DNA of 64,000 nt from a bacterium (GCA_043816765.1 JBDRHN010000023.1:17353-81352); one strand, 5' to 3'; shown: positions 51,244 through 60,174, counted from the stretch's first letter. Made by a program: numbers and translations. Notes: generated by a model from the letters alone, not told the origin.

Positions 51244-52041
51244 ATGTCATTGATAGATAAAAAATTCAAACCAAACCAAGGAACGCTTGCCATTGGTACT
51301 GTTCCCGGATATCCCGACATGGAAACGAGTTTTGAAATCGTTAAGGCTATTGTTTCCGGCGGGGCGGATATTTTGGAGATGTCTTCTTCTTTTTCTGATC
51401 CTATTGCTGATGGTCCGACACTGCAACAAGCGCACGCGCAAATTTTAAAACATGGCGTTACAAAAGCGCAAGTGTTTAATTTTTATAAAAAAATAAAAAA
51501 AAATTATCCTGAAATTCCAATATTTGTGATTGAGTATTCTAATATTGTTTATACCAACGGCATTGATAATTATTATAAAAAATTAAAAGAGGGCGGGGTT
51601 GATTTGCTTTTAATTCCGGATGTTCCGCTTGAGGAGCTAAAGCCCTACAGCGCGGCGGCTAAAACATACGGAATCGGCCAGTCTTATATAGCGGCGCCGA
51701 CAACGGATAATGAAAGGCTGAAAAAAATTATTCCAAATGTTAACGGTTTTATATATGTGGCAACGGTAACAGGGATTACCGGCGCGAGAAAAAATGTTGA
51801 GGATGAGACTAAAAAGCTTTTGCGAAGAATTAAAACACAGACAAAAATTCCATTGGTCGCGGGGTTTGGAATCAGTAAGCCGGAACACGTAAAAACAGCT
51901 TTGAAATCTGGCGCAGATGGGGTTGTGATCTGTTCGCAGATTATTAATATTATTAATAAAAATTTGAAAAATAAGAAGAAGATGTTGAGTGAGGTTGAGG
52001 GGTTTGTGAAGGAAATGAAAAAAGCCTGCAGTCATTACTAA
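51244..52041 (+). CDS. trpA: tryptophan synthase alpha chain
   Basis: TrpA TIM barrel; start at ATG 51244, because the ORF-track N-terminus lies in the repeat. Confidence 0.92.
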   Translation: MSLIDKKFKPNQGTLAIGTVPGYPDMETSFEIVKAIVSGGADILEMSSSFSDPIADGPTLQQAHAQILKHGVTKAQVFNFYKKIKKNYPEIPIFVIEYSNIVYTNGIDNYYKKLKEGGVDLLLIPDVPLEELKPYSAAAKTYGIGQSYIAAPTTDNERLKKIIPNVNGFIYVATVTGITGARKNVEDETKKLLRRIKTQTKIPLVAGFGISKPEHVKTALKSGADGVVICSQIINIINKNLKNKKKMLSEVEGFVKEMKKACSHY

Positions 52042-52079
52042 GATGTAAAAACGACGATGCAGGCTCTTTCTTATTTTTT
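52024..52079 (+). terminator. hairpin + T-tract downstream of trpA, convergent with small minus-strand ORF
   Basis: GCCTGCA ...TGCAGGC stem with long loop, then CTTTCTTATTTTTT. Confidence 0.4.
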
Positions 52080-52166
52080 GTCTTGAGATGTTGCAACCTC
52101 AGACAAAAAATAAAAAATCTTTATCGCCACACCTGTGGCGATAAAATATAAAAATATTTTTTCCAT
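52072..52166 (-). CDS. small hydrophobic peptide (31 aa) with consensus SD
   Basis: AAAGGAGGTGAAAGAAATG; MEKIFLYFIATGVAIKIFYFLSEVATSQDKK; putative TTGACA promoter upstream. Confidence 0.5.
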
Positions 52167-52337
52167 TTCTTTCACCTCCTTTCAATGGAAAAATATTTAA
52201 TCACAAATTAAATTATATTATGATTTTTGTCAAGAGAAAATAAAACACCTGTCATTCTGAGCGACTTTTACCGCGAACTTGAAGAAATAAAAAAATTTAA
52301 TAATTGCATAAAATTGAAAAACAATCAGAATTAAGCG

Positions 52338-52495
52338 AAGAATCCCGCGGTTGTTGCAGGAACAACGAGATTCTACTCGTCGGCTCCATAGTCCCGAACG
52401 AAGTGAGGGCTATGGAGCCGATATGCGCGCGATAGCAAAACATGCCGGCTCCATAGCCCCCGCTGGCGCGGGGGACTATGGAGCCAACGCGTATT
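52338..52495. repeat. GC-rich palindrome cluster (GGCTCCATAG..CTATGGAGCC hairpins x2 and others)
   Basis: hairpins at 52383-52420 and 52447-52485; partial copy 62137-62150. Confidence 0.8.
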
Positions 52496-52627
52496 AAATC
52501 TAAAATAAATACCAAGCAAGGTGCTGGACACCCAAGGGGGTGTTTGGTTGGCGGTTGAAAAATTTATAAAATAAATAAAGCCCCCGCAAGCTTGAAGTGA
52601 AAATAAGACATTGCGGGGGGGGGGCGG

Positions 52628-52753
52628 TCAACAGCTCAGCATGCCTACTACGCATGCTATGGCGGTTAAACCGCCCGCCATTTCGGATTGAGTCAACAAA
52701 AAAAATAAAAACCCAATCCCGACTAAAAAATAAAAAAAATAAAATCTTCCCAT
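52628..52753 (-). CDS. small hydrophobic peptide (41 aa) with consensus SD, paralog of 52072..52166
   Basis: AGAAAGGAGGTGAGAAAAATG; MGRFYFFYFLVGIGFLFFLLTQSEMAGGLTAIACVVGMLSC; 3' half overlaps GC palindromes. Confidence 0.45.
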   Translation of the reverse strand: MGRFYFFYFLVGIGFLFFLLTQSEMAGGLTAIACVVGMLSC

Positions 52754-52813
52754 TTTTCTCACCTCCTTTCTGGAAAAGACTTAAAAGATCAATATAATTT
52801 TATACATTAAATT

Positions 52814-54040
52814 ATGCCTTTTGTCAAGAAAAAAAATAAAAAATTTTTCCACGCACTTCTATTGCTCTGCGCTTTTTTAATTCTTCTGCCATCAGCAATA
52901 CTAGCCGAATACAAGACTCCCCTATCCGTATTTGTCCGCGAAGGATGCGGGCATTGCTCCCATGAAGAAGAATTTATAACCGAACTCCAAAACAAACGTT
53001 CTGATTTTGAGGTTTTTTATTATGATATCAATACCGAAACCGGCCGTGAAAAATTTTTAGAAATTACAAAGCTTGAAAATCTGCAACAAGGCACGCCGAT
53101 TGCTTTAGTCGGGAACACAATAGTTCAGGGATTTGGGACAGCTGAAACAACAGGGAAAGAGATTGAAGAATTATTAGATTTAAGTTGCGGAAAACAGACT
53201 TTAAATTTTGAAGAATATTTGTCAAAAGGAGGATCAAAAGGCGGGGTAAAGCCGATTGAAAGCGAGAACCAAGAAGAATGCGACGCCAATTCAAATAAAT
53301 TTTTGGTAGATGTTCCTTTTTACGGAGTCGTAAATTTAAAATCATTTTCACTCCCCATGATTGCCACTATTTTAGGCTTTGTTGATGGGTTCAATCCATG
53401 CGCGATGTGGGTTTTAATAACTTTCTTGCTTGTGCTGATGCAAATTGGCGACAAAAAAAGGATGTGGCAAATCGCGGGACTGTTTATTGCCGCTGAAACA
53501 ATAATGTATTTTTTGATTTTGAATCTATGGTTCACGACATGGAATTTTATCGGACTTGATCGTATTGTTACTCCCATCATAGGGATTGTGGCAATCGGCG
53601 GAGGAATTTTCTTTTTGTGGGAAGCGAAAAAAAATGATGGCACTTGCCATGTTACAAATCCGGAACAGCGGAAAAAAACTCATAATAAAATAAAAGATCT
53701 CGCGGCTCGTCCGATGACTATTGCAACAGCCATCGGCGTTATCGGTCTTGCGCTTTCGGTAAATATTATTGAATTTGCCTGTTCAATAGGAATCCCTCAG
53801 GCTTTTACTAAAATTTTAGAAATCAACCGTTTGTCTTGGGGAGCTAATCAAGGATTAATATTGCTATATACTCTCTTCTATATGATTGATGATATCATTG
53901 TTTTCGGGCTTGCGCTTTGGAGCTTTGAACATCTTCATTTAACTCAAAAATACGCAAGATGGTGCAATATCATCGGCGGGATTTTGATGATAATTTTGGG
54001 ACTTCTCTTAATATTTAATCCGGCGATGTTGAGATTTTGA
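52814..54040 (+). CDS. thioredoxin-like (CGHC) periplasmic domain fused to CcdA/DsbD-type transmembrane thiol-disulfide transporter
   Basis: signal peptide, CGHC redox motif, TM domain with NPC (GFNPCAMW) and second Cys (EFACSIG). Confidence 0.8.
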   Translation: MPFVKKKNKKFFHALLLLCAFLILLPSAILAEYKTPLSVFVREGCGHCSHEEEFITELQNKRSDFEVFYYDINTETGREKFLEITKLENLQQGTPIALVGNTIVQGFGTAETTGKEIEELLDLSCGKQTLNFEEYLSKGGSKGGVKPIESENQEECDANSNKFLVDVPFYGVVNLKSFSLPMIATILGFVDGFNPCAMWVLITFLLVLMQIGDKKRMWQIAGLFIAAETIMYFLILNLWFTTWNFIGLDRIVTPIIGIVAIGGGIFFLWEAKKNDGTCHVTNPEQRKKTHNKIKDLAARPMTIATAIGVIGLALSVNIIEFACSIGIPQAFTKILEINRLSWGANQGLILLYTLFYMIDDIIVFGLALWSFEHLHLTQKYARWCNIIGGILMIILGLLLIFNPAMLRF

Positions 54041-54045
54041 TTTGT

Positions 54046-54150
54046 TGAATAGCACACAGATGAACACTGACCCTGCGGGCGCAGATTAACACTAATTTTT
54101 TATAATTTTAAATCTGTGTTTATCTGCGCTTTAGTCTGTGTTAATCTGTG
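54046..54150 (-). repeat. ~100-bp CAGATAAACACAG-family repeat, copy 3 (inverted orientation)
   Basis: ATCTGTGTTTATCTGCGCTTTAGTCTGTGTTAATCTG is the reverse complement of copy-1 5' part. Confidence 0.8.
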
Positions 54151-54166
54151 TCCTATTTTTTTAATT

Positions 54167-54703
54167 ATGTATTTTGTAAAATTAAAAACCAAAAAAGATA
54201 CTGTTGGTTTTGCTAATCAAATAGCTAATATTTGCAACAATCAAACCCCCCAACCCCCCTTGTCAGGGGGGCTATATGTTGTTGCCCTCATTGGCGAGCT
54301 TGGGGTTGGGAAGACTTTTTTTACGAAAGCTTTGGGAAAGGCGCTTGGGGTTAAAGAAACGATTAAAAGTCCGAGTTTTAATTTGATGAAAGTTTATGAA
54401 ATACCGGGCAGACGAACCGTAGAGACGAGGCAGTGCCTCGTCTCTACACAAATCAAAACGTTAGTTCATGTTGATTGTTATCGTTTGAATAGTGCTGAGG
54501 AGTTAATTGATATTGGGCTTTTGGATTATTTTGGATATAATAATACTCTTATTGTTATTGAGTGGGCTGATAAAATAAAAAAAATCTTGCCGAAAGATGC
54601 AGTTTGGGTAAAATTTAAAATGGGAAAAGATGGGGTGAGAATGGCGGCGGTGAATTTAAAACCAATGTCATTCCAAAAAATTTTTTCCATCAATATTAGT
54701 TAA
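54167..54703 (+). CDS. tsaE: tRNA t6A biosynthesis ATPase TsaE with two in-frame palindromic insertions
   Basis: Walker A GELGVGKT; SPSFNLMKVYE...LVHVDCYRL TsaE signature interrupted by RRTVETRQCLVST (54419-54448); QTPQPPLSGG insertion at 54243-54272; start at ATG 54167. Confidence 0.78.
   Translation: MYFVKLKTKKDTVGFANQIANICNNQTPQPPLSGGLYVVALIGELGVGKTFFTKALGKALGVKETIKSPSFNLMKVYEIPGRRTVETRQCLVSTQIKTLVHVDCYRLNSAEELIDIGLLDYFGYNNTLIVIEWADKIKKILPKDAVWVKFKMGKDGVRMAAVNLKPMSFQKIFSINIS
54419..54448. repeat. family A palindrome inside tsaE (in frame)
   Basis: GTAGAGACGAGGCAGTGCCTCGTCTCTACA. Confidence 0.85.
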
Positions 54704-54759
54704 CGTAAACCAAAATAGAATAATATTACTTTAGTAAAAATCTATATTAATGAGATTAA

Positions 54760-54920
54760 AAAATTTATTTGGAATCCAGGAGGAATTGCACAAACCCCTG
54801 GATTCCAGATAAATTTTTTCAGTGCATTAATTAATTTTTTGTTAATATTAGATTTTAATCAAAGTAAAAATGTTTGCTTAAGGGCGATGGAAAAAATTTT
54901 CTGGAATGACAGGCTTTGGT
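54760..54920. mobile_element. partial MITE-like element (central palindrome + right TIR), related to 32163-32410
   Basis: TTTGGAATCCAGGAGG..CCCTGGATTCCAGA and GCGATGGAAAAAATTTTCTGGAATGACAGG. Confidence 0.5.
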
Positions 54921-54960
54921 TATTTTTAATTGTTCGTGCCATATTAGAATTTAATAACTT

Positions 54961-55878
54961 ATGTATAACAAATCAAAAACAGAAACAATCGGCATTATTC
55001 TGGTTTTAACTGGTGCGGCATTATGGGGAATGTTCCCTGTGTTTGTTAATAGGGGCGCGAAAATTATTCCGCCGCTAATATTTGCGGCTTGTTCTGCAAT
55101 GATAGCGGCGATTGGGTCTTTTGTGTACTTAATAAAACAAGGAAAATTATTTGAACTTAAAAAAAGAGAATCGTATTTTTCATTAGCAATGATAACACTT
55201 TGCATTGTTGTTATACCATATAGTCTGTTTTTCATCGGCGCGAGCAAAACCTCGGGGGTTAACAGCTCAATGCTTCTTTTGGCTGAAATTATATTTACTC
55301 TTATTTTCACCCCTTTCATTGGTGAAAAAAATACAAAATATAAAATTCTTGGGGCTGGCGGAATTTTTGCTGGAGCGTGTTTTATTATGTATAATGGAAC
55401 ATTTACTTTGAACACTGGCGATATATTGATTATTCTAAGTACTATTACATATCCAATAGGAAATTTTTACGGAAAAAAAGTTTTAAACTTAATTTCCCCG
55501 TCAGTTATTTTGTTTGTTCGTTTTTTCTTTGGCGGATTGTTTATTCTAACATTTTCTTTAATGGCTGAAAGAGGAATAAATATTGGACAGATTATTTATA
55601 ATAACTGGCCTTTATTTATTTTTAACGGTCTTGTTTTGCTTGGCATTTCTAAGATTTTATGGTATGAGTCGTTAAAAAGAATTGATATATCAAAAGCTGT
55701 TTCTTTGGGGATGACCTTTCCGCTATTTAGCTTAATAATCTTGATTGTCTATTTTAATGAAAAAATTTCAGTTTATCAAGGAATTGGGGTTGCAATTATG
55801 ATAATCGGAGTATATTATTCTATTCGGCGGTCATCAGTGGATCCAAAACTAACCAAGTATTCTCCTTGCAAAACCTAA
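54961..55878 (+). CDS. EamA/DMT-family transporter
   Basis: 10 TM helices, two EamA-like repeats. Confidence 0.8.
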   Translation: MYNKSKTETIGIILVLTGAALWGMFPVFVNRGAKIIPPLIFAACSAMIAAIGSFVYLIKQGKLFELKKRESYFSLAMITLCIVVIPYSLFFIGASKTSGVNSSMLLLAEIIFTLIFTPFIGEKNTKYKILGAGGIFAGACFIMYNGTFTLNTGDILIILSTITYPIGNFYGKKVLNLISPSVILFVRFFFGGLFILTFSLMAERGINIGQIIYNNWPLFIFNGLVLLGISKILWYESLKRIDISKAVSLGMTFPLFSLIILIVYFNEKISVYQGIGVAIMIIGVYYSIRRSSVDPKLTKYSPCKT

Positions 55879-55939
55879 AAAAAAGTGTTAAATTATTTGC
55901 AACGTAATTAATGTGTGGAAATTGGATTTTCACGCTTAC

Positions 55940-56012
55940 GCACCAATAACTCAGTGGTGAGAGTGCCACCCTTATAAGGTGGAAGTCGATGGTTCAAATC
56001 CATCTTGGTGCA
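55940..56012 (+). tRNA. tRNA-Ile (anticodon UAU)
   Basis: acceptor GCACCAA/TTGGTGC, D-arm ACTC-AGTGGTGA-GAGT, anticodon stem CCACC/GGTGG loop CTTATAA, T-arm GATGG-TTCAAAT-CCATC. Confidence 0.8.
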
Positions 56013-56093
56013 CAATATTGAACTTCTCTTTATGAAAAACGCCGAGGATTTTGGCGTTGGTTTAGATTATCTAACATTACATCCCCACTGGCA

Positions 56094-56330
56094 ATGTCAG
56101 GCAAAGCTCATTTCGGCAGTATGGCTTTAAGATTATTTATAGAAAAATATCAGCCTTATGCAACTCTGCATGGTCATATTCACGAAACGGTTGATATGTC
56201 TGGAGAATTTAAACAAAAAATCGGCGATACTTTATGTTTGGCGTCGGGCAATAATAATGTTGGCGACAATTTGACGGTGTTGGTTTTTGAGATAGATAAA
56301 ATACAGGACGCGAGAAGAATTATTGTTTAA
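56094..56330 (+). pseudogene. C-terminal fragment of a calcineurin-like metallophosphoesterase
   Basis: 78-aa ORF with ATLHGHIHETVD (GHxH) motif only; sits beside tRNA. Confidence 0.45.
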
Positions 56331-56449
56331 AAATTGTTGCTGAAATTTTGTAAGTTTGGTAGTATTGTATTAAATATTCAAAAAAATCAATAAATTAGAC
56401 GCTAACGCGCGCATTGTCTAGAGGAAAAGCAGGTTTGTGGAAACTTATT

Positions 56450-57496
56450 ATGAAAAAAGATAATCAAAAATCTCAAATTATTATTTATAAAACAGAGGAT
56501 GGGCGGACTAAAATTGATGTTCGCTTTGAGGATGAAACTGTTTGGCTTACGCAAAACACGCTGGCGGAACTTTTTCAGACTACAAAACAAAATATAAGCC
56601 AACATATAAAGAATATCTTTGAAGAGGGCGAACTTAAGCCAAATTCAGTTGTAAAGGATTTCTTGACAACTGCCGCTGACGGTAAAAATTATACAACAAA
56701 CTATTATAATTTAGATCTTATTATTTCTGTCGGCTATCGCGTTAAAAGCGGTATTGCCACAGCTTTTCGCCAGTGGGCGACCGAACATTTAAGAGAATAT
56801 ATTATAAAAGGTTTTGTATTGGATGACGAACGTTTGAAAAATCCCGATTTGCCTTTTGATTATTTTGAAAATTTAACGCGCCGTATTGCGGACATTCGCA
56901 CCTCTGAAAAAAGATTTTATAGAAAAATTACTGATATTTACGCTACCAGCGTTGATTATGATCCGACAGATGAGCAAAGCATTTTATTTTTTCAAACGGT
57001 TCAAAATAAAGTTCACTACGCCGTAACAGGAAATACCGCGGCAGAAATAATCGCAAATAGAGCCGACGGCGACAAGCCGAATGCCGGTCTTACATATTTC
57101 CGCGGGACAAAACCGACAAAAGAAGAGGCGCTGATAGCTAAAAATTATTTAAGCGAACAGGAACTTCTTGTTTTAAATAATATTGTTGAGCAGTATCTTG
57201 TATTTGCCGAAGGGCAAGCGATGCAAAGAATTCCAATGTATATGAAAGATTGGATTGATAAGCTGCATAGTTTTTTGCAGATTAATAATAAGGAAATTCT
57301 AAAAGACGCGGGAAAAATTTCGCATGATTTGGCGGTGGAAATAGCTGAAAAAAAACTTGCGGAGTATAAAAAAATTGAATCAAAAAAAATAGATGGTGAT
57401 TTTGATGTTTTTGCGAATAAGGCGATTAAGCTGGTTGGCGGGAATAAAATTTTGTCAATCTATTTTACAAACCATTTGACAAATATTTTTACATAA
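56450..57496 (+). CDS. RhuM-family (virulence-associated) protein
   Basis: IIIYKTEDGRTKIDVRFEDETVWLTQNTLAELFQ typical RhuM N-terminus. Confidence 0.7.
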   Translation: MKKDNQKSQIIIYKTEDGRTKIDVRFEDETVWLTQNTLAELFQTTKQNISQHIKNIFEEGELKPNSVVKDFLTTAADGKNYTTNYYNLDLIISVGYRVKSGIATAFRQWATEHLREYIIKGFVLDDERLKNPDLPFDYFENLTRRIADIRTSEKRFYRKITDIYATSVDYDPTDEQSILFFQTVQNKVHYAVTGNTAAEIIANRADGDKPNAGLTYFRGTKPTKEEALIAKNYLSEQELLVLNNIVEQYLVFAEGQAMQRIPMYMKDWIDKLHSFLQINNKEILKDAGKISHDLAVEIAEKKLAEYKKIESKKIDGDFDVFANKAIKLVGGNKILSIYFTNHLTNIFT

Positions 57497-57498
57497 AT

Positions 57499-57527
57499 TA
57501 TACTACCAATAAGGTAGTATTTTTTAT
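57499..57527 (+). terminator. Rho-independent terminator after RhuM gene
   Basis: ATACTACC-aat-AAGGTAGTAT + T6. Confidence 0.6.
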
Positions 57528-57537
57528 ACATTTATAT

Positions 57538-57592
57538 GGGTAGATGGAAGCCCTCGCTTCCACCGGCGCGAGCGAGGGCTCGCGCCTACCCG
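57538..57592. repeat. GC-rich palindromic element (GGGTAG...CTACCCG family)
   Basis: outer arms shared with 38903-38944 element; inner GCGAGCGAGGGCTCGCGC. Confidence 0.7.
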
Positions 57593-57617
57593 GATAAAAA
57601 TTTCTCTGCAAAAATTT

Positions 57618-58400
57618 ATGCTCTCAAAATTCATCCAACAACAACGAAAAAAGAATAATCTAACCCAAGAATTTTTGGCGACAAAGATTGGGGTGTCCCG
57701 CCCTACATATATGCAGATAGAACAAGGCGGACGGGATTTGACTGTTACAGAAGCGAAGAAGCTCGCGGATATTTTTGGCATCTCATTTGAAGATTTTGTG
57801 CAGGAAAAGGAGGAATCAACTCCTGTTGTTGAAATTCAAAAAAGCAAAATGAAAAAAATAATAAAAAAAGAAGAGATTCGCATTCACGTTCCGCAAGAAA
57901 AAGCGGAAAAATTTGAGCAAACCTTTTTGCATATTTTAGCAAAAATAGGCAGCAAACAAAATATCGGGCAAACTGTGCTTTATAAACTGCTATATTTTAT
58001 TGATTTTGATTATTATGAAAAATACGAAGAGCAATTAATTGGCGCAAAATATATTAAAAACATGTATGGACCAACTCCTCTGATGTTCGCAAAAATTATT
58101 GATAAACTTGAAAGAGAGGGAAAAATAGAAAAGATAAAAAGCAAATTTTACACGCGAGAGCAAACAAAATATCTAATAAATCCATCAAATACTCAAGATG
58201 TTTCTGCTCTCTCATCTCAGGAGCTCGCTCATATTGATTGGGAAATAGATCGGCTTGGCGGTATGACGGCGGTGCAAATTTCAGCATTGTCTCATCTTGA
58301 TACTCCTTGGGTTGTGGCCAAGGAAAAAGAACTGCTAGAGTATGAACATGTATTTTATAGGCCGGATGAAACTTCGGTAAGACAATATGAGGAACTTTGA
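57618..58400 (+). CDS. HTH (XRE-family) + DUF4065/Panacea-domain protein, putative antitoxin
   Basis: N-terminal LTQEFLATKIGVSRPTYMQIEQG HTH; LYKLLYFIDFDYY...MYGPTP Panacea-like core; 14-nt overlap with next gene. Confidence 0.6.
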   Translation: MLSKFIQQQRKKNNLTQEFLATKIGVSRPTYMQIEQGGRDLTVTEAKKLADIFGISFEDFVQEKEESTPVVEIQKSKMKKIIKKEEIRIHVPQEKAEKFEQTFLHILAKIGSKQNIGQTVLYKLLYFIDFDYYEKYEEQLIGAKYIKNMYGPTPLMFAKIIDKLEREGKIEKIKSKFYTREQTKYLINPSNTQDVSALSSQELAHIDWEIDRLGGMTAVQISALSHLDTPWVVAKEKELLEYEHVFYRPDETSVRQYEEL

Positions 58401-58728
58401 TTCTCTACAAGAATTTGAAAAGGAGTTTAAGCGACTTTTCAAAAAATACAAAACACTGCGTGATGATTTGGAAAAGTTTAAAAATGTGCTCGAAAGTTGC
58501 CCTGCTGGCGTTGGAAAAAATTTTGTTATTATTCATTCAACTGAGACTATAAAAATAGTAAAAGCGCGCATGTCATGCCGCGCGCTTTGCGATAGATCTC
58601 TCCGTGTGATATATGGATATTTTCAACGAGAAGAAAAAATTATTTTCATTGAGATATATTTCAAGGGTGAGAAAGAAAACGAAAACCGCAAAAGAATTAA
58701 AGAGTATTTAAAAAACTCGCTAAACTGA
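58387..58728 (+). CDS. RelE/ParE-superfamily toxin (putative)
   Basis: RSLRVIYGYFQREEKIIFIEIYFKG C-terminal beta-sheet pattern of RelE/ParE/YafQ-like toxins. Confidence 0.55.
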   Translation: MRNFDSLQEFEKEFKRLFKKYKTLRDDLEKFKNVLESCPAGVGKNFVIIHSTETIKIVKARMSCRALCDRSLRVIYGYFQREEKIIFIEIYFKGEKENENRKRIKEYLKNSLN

Positions 58729-59010
58729 ATTTAACCATTTCACATATTCCCTACTCCCCTCGGCTTCAATTTTAATAACGCACGGAGTTTCATAACTAAT
58801 TAGTTATTGTGTAAAAACTCGTTTTTAACGTAAAATTAAGTTTGGGGCTTTGCTAATGTTAGCATCATTACGCAGAACTAAGCAGAATTTGACGCAGAAA
58901 AACGCAGAAATTACACAGGAACTAATTAGCAAAAATGGACAAATTGTCATTCTGATTGACAATTTGTCCATTTTTCTATAAACTTAAAATATAATAAATA
59001 ATAAAAAAAT

Positions 59011-60174
59011 ATGTATATAGATAGAACACTGGAGAAAAAAATCAAACAATTAGCTAAAACTTATCCCGTTGTTGCGTTAACCGGACCCAGACAATCTGGA
59101 AAAACAACAATGGTTAAAAAAATATTTTCTGGAAAAAAATATATATCATTGGAAAATTTAGACAACAGAGCCTTTGCCAAAAATGATCCCAGGGGATTTT
59201 TAAAAACTTATAAAAATGGAGCAGTCATAGACGAAGCGCAAAATGTTCCTGAATTATTTTCTTACATTCAGGAAATTGTAGACACAAACAAAAAACCAGG
59301 GGAATTTATTTTGACGGGTTCGCAAAATTTTTTATTGATGGAAAAAATTAATCAAAGTCTGGCGGGCAGAATAGCTATAACCACCCTTCTGCCTCTTAGT
59401 ATGGAAGAAATCAGTAAAAAGACAAAAAAATTACAGCTAAATCAATTAATGCTTAATGGACAATATCCGATTATTTATGAAAAAAAAATAGACGCAAATG
59501 AATGGTATCAAAATTATATTAAAACATATATTGAAAGGGATGTCAGACTAATGAAAAATATAACTGACTTAAATTTATTCCAAAAATTCGTTAAACTATG
59601 CGCGGGGCGAATTGGACAAATTTTGAACCTAACTTCAATCGCAAATGATTGCGGGGTAAGCCATAATGTTATCAGGGGATGGATATCTATCTTGGAAGCA
59701 AGTTATATAATTTTTCTCTTGCACCCCTATTATGAAAATTTTAACAAACGTCTTATCAAAATGCCAAAAATATATTTTTATGACACAGGGCTTGCGGCAT
59801 CATTGCTTGGCATAGAAGATAAAGACAAGTTTGATATTAATCCGTTTAAAGGGGGTCTGTTTGAATCATTTGTTATTTCAGAAATTATGAAAAAAGAATA
59901 TAACAAAGGCAGAACTCCAAACATATATTTTTGGAGGGATAAAACCGGGCATGAAATAGATTGTTTATATGAAAATAAAAGAAAAAAATACGCGATAGAA
60001 ATAAAATCAGCGAAAACGATAAACAGTGATTTTTTTGACAACTTAAATTATCTGCAAAAAATTTCAAAAAATAATTTTACGAATTCTGTTTTAATTTACG
60101 GTGGAAACGAAAAACAGAACAGAAATGACGCAACTGTCTTGGGCTGGAACAACTTTGTTTCCAAATTGAATTAG
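59011..60174 (+). CDS. AAA+ ATPase, COG1373/DUF4143 family (third paralog)
   Basis: Walker A GPRQSGKT, Walker B VIDEAQ. Confidence 0.8.
   Translation: MYIDRTLEKKIKQLAKTYPVVALTGPRQSGKTTMVKKIFSGKKYISLENLDNRAFAKNDPRGFLKTYKNGAVIDEAQNVPELFSYIQEIVDTNKKPGEFILTGSQNFLLMEKINQSLAGRIAITTLLPLSMEEISKKTKKLQLNQLMLNGQYPIIYEKKIDANEWYQNYIKTYIERDVRLMKNITDLNLFQKFVKLCAGRIGQILNLTSIANDCGVSHNVIRGWISILEASYIIFLLHPYYENFNKRLIKMPKIYFYDTGLAASLLGIEDKDKFDINPFKGGLFESFVISEIMKKEYNKGRTPNIYFWRDKTGHEIDCLYENKRKKYAIEIKSAKTINSDFFDNLNYLQKISKNNFTNSVLIYGGNEKQNRNDATVLGWNNFVSKLN

Noticed and set aside
50638-54150. Possible CRISPR array suggested by repeated CAGATAAACACAG units
   Set aside because: Units are irregularly spaced, partly overlapping, and embedded in a larger 100-bp repeat with dyad symmetry. 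There are no uniform spacers and no cas genes, so this is not a CRISPR.
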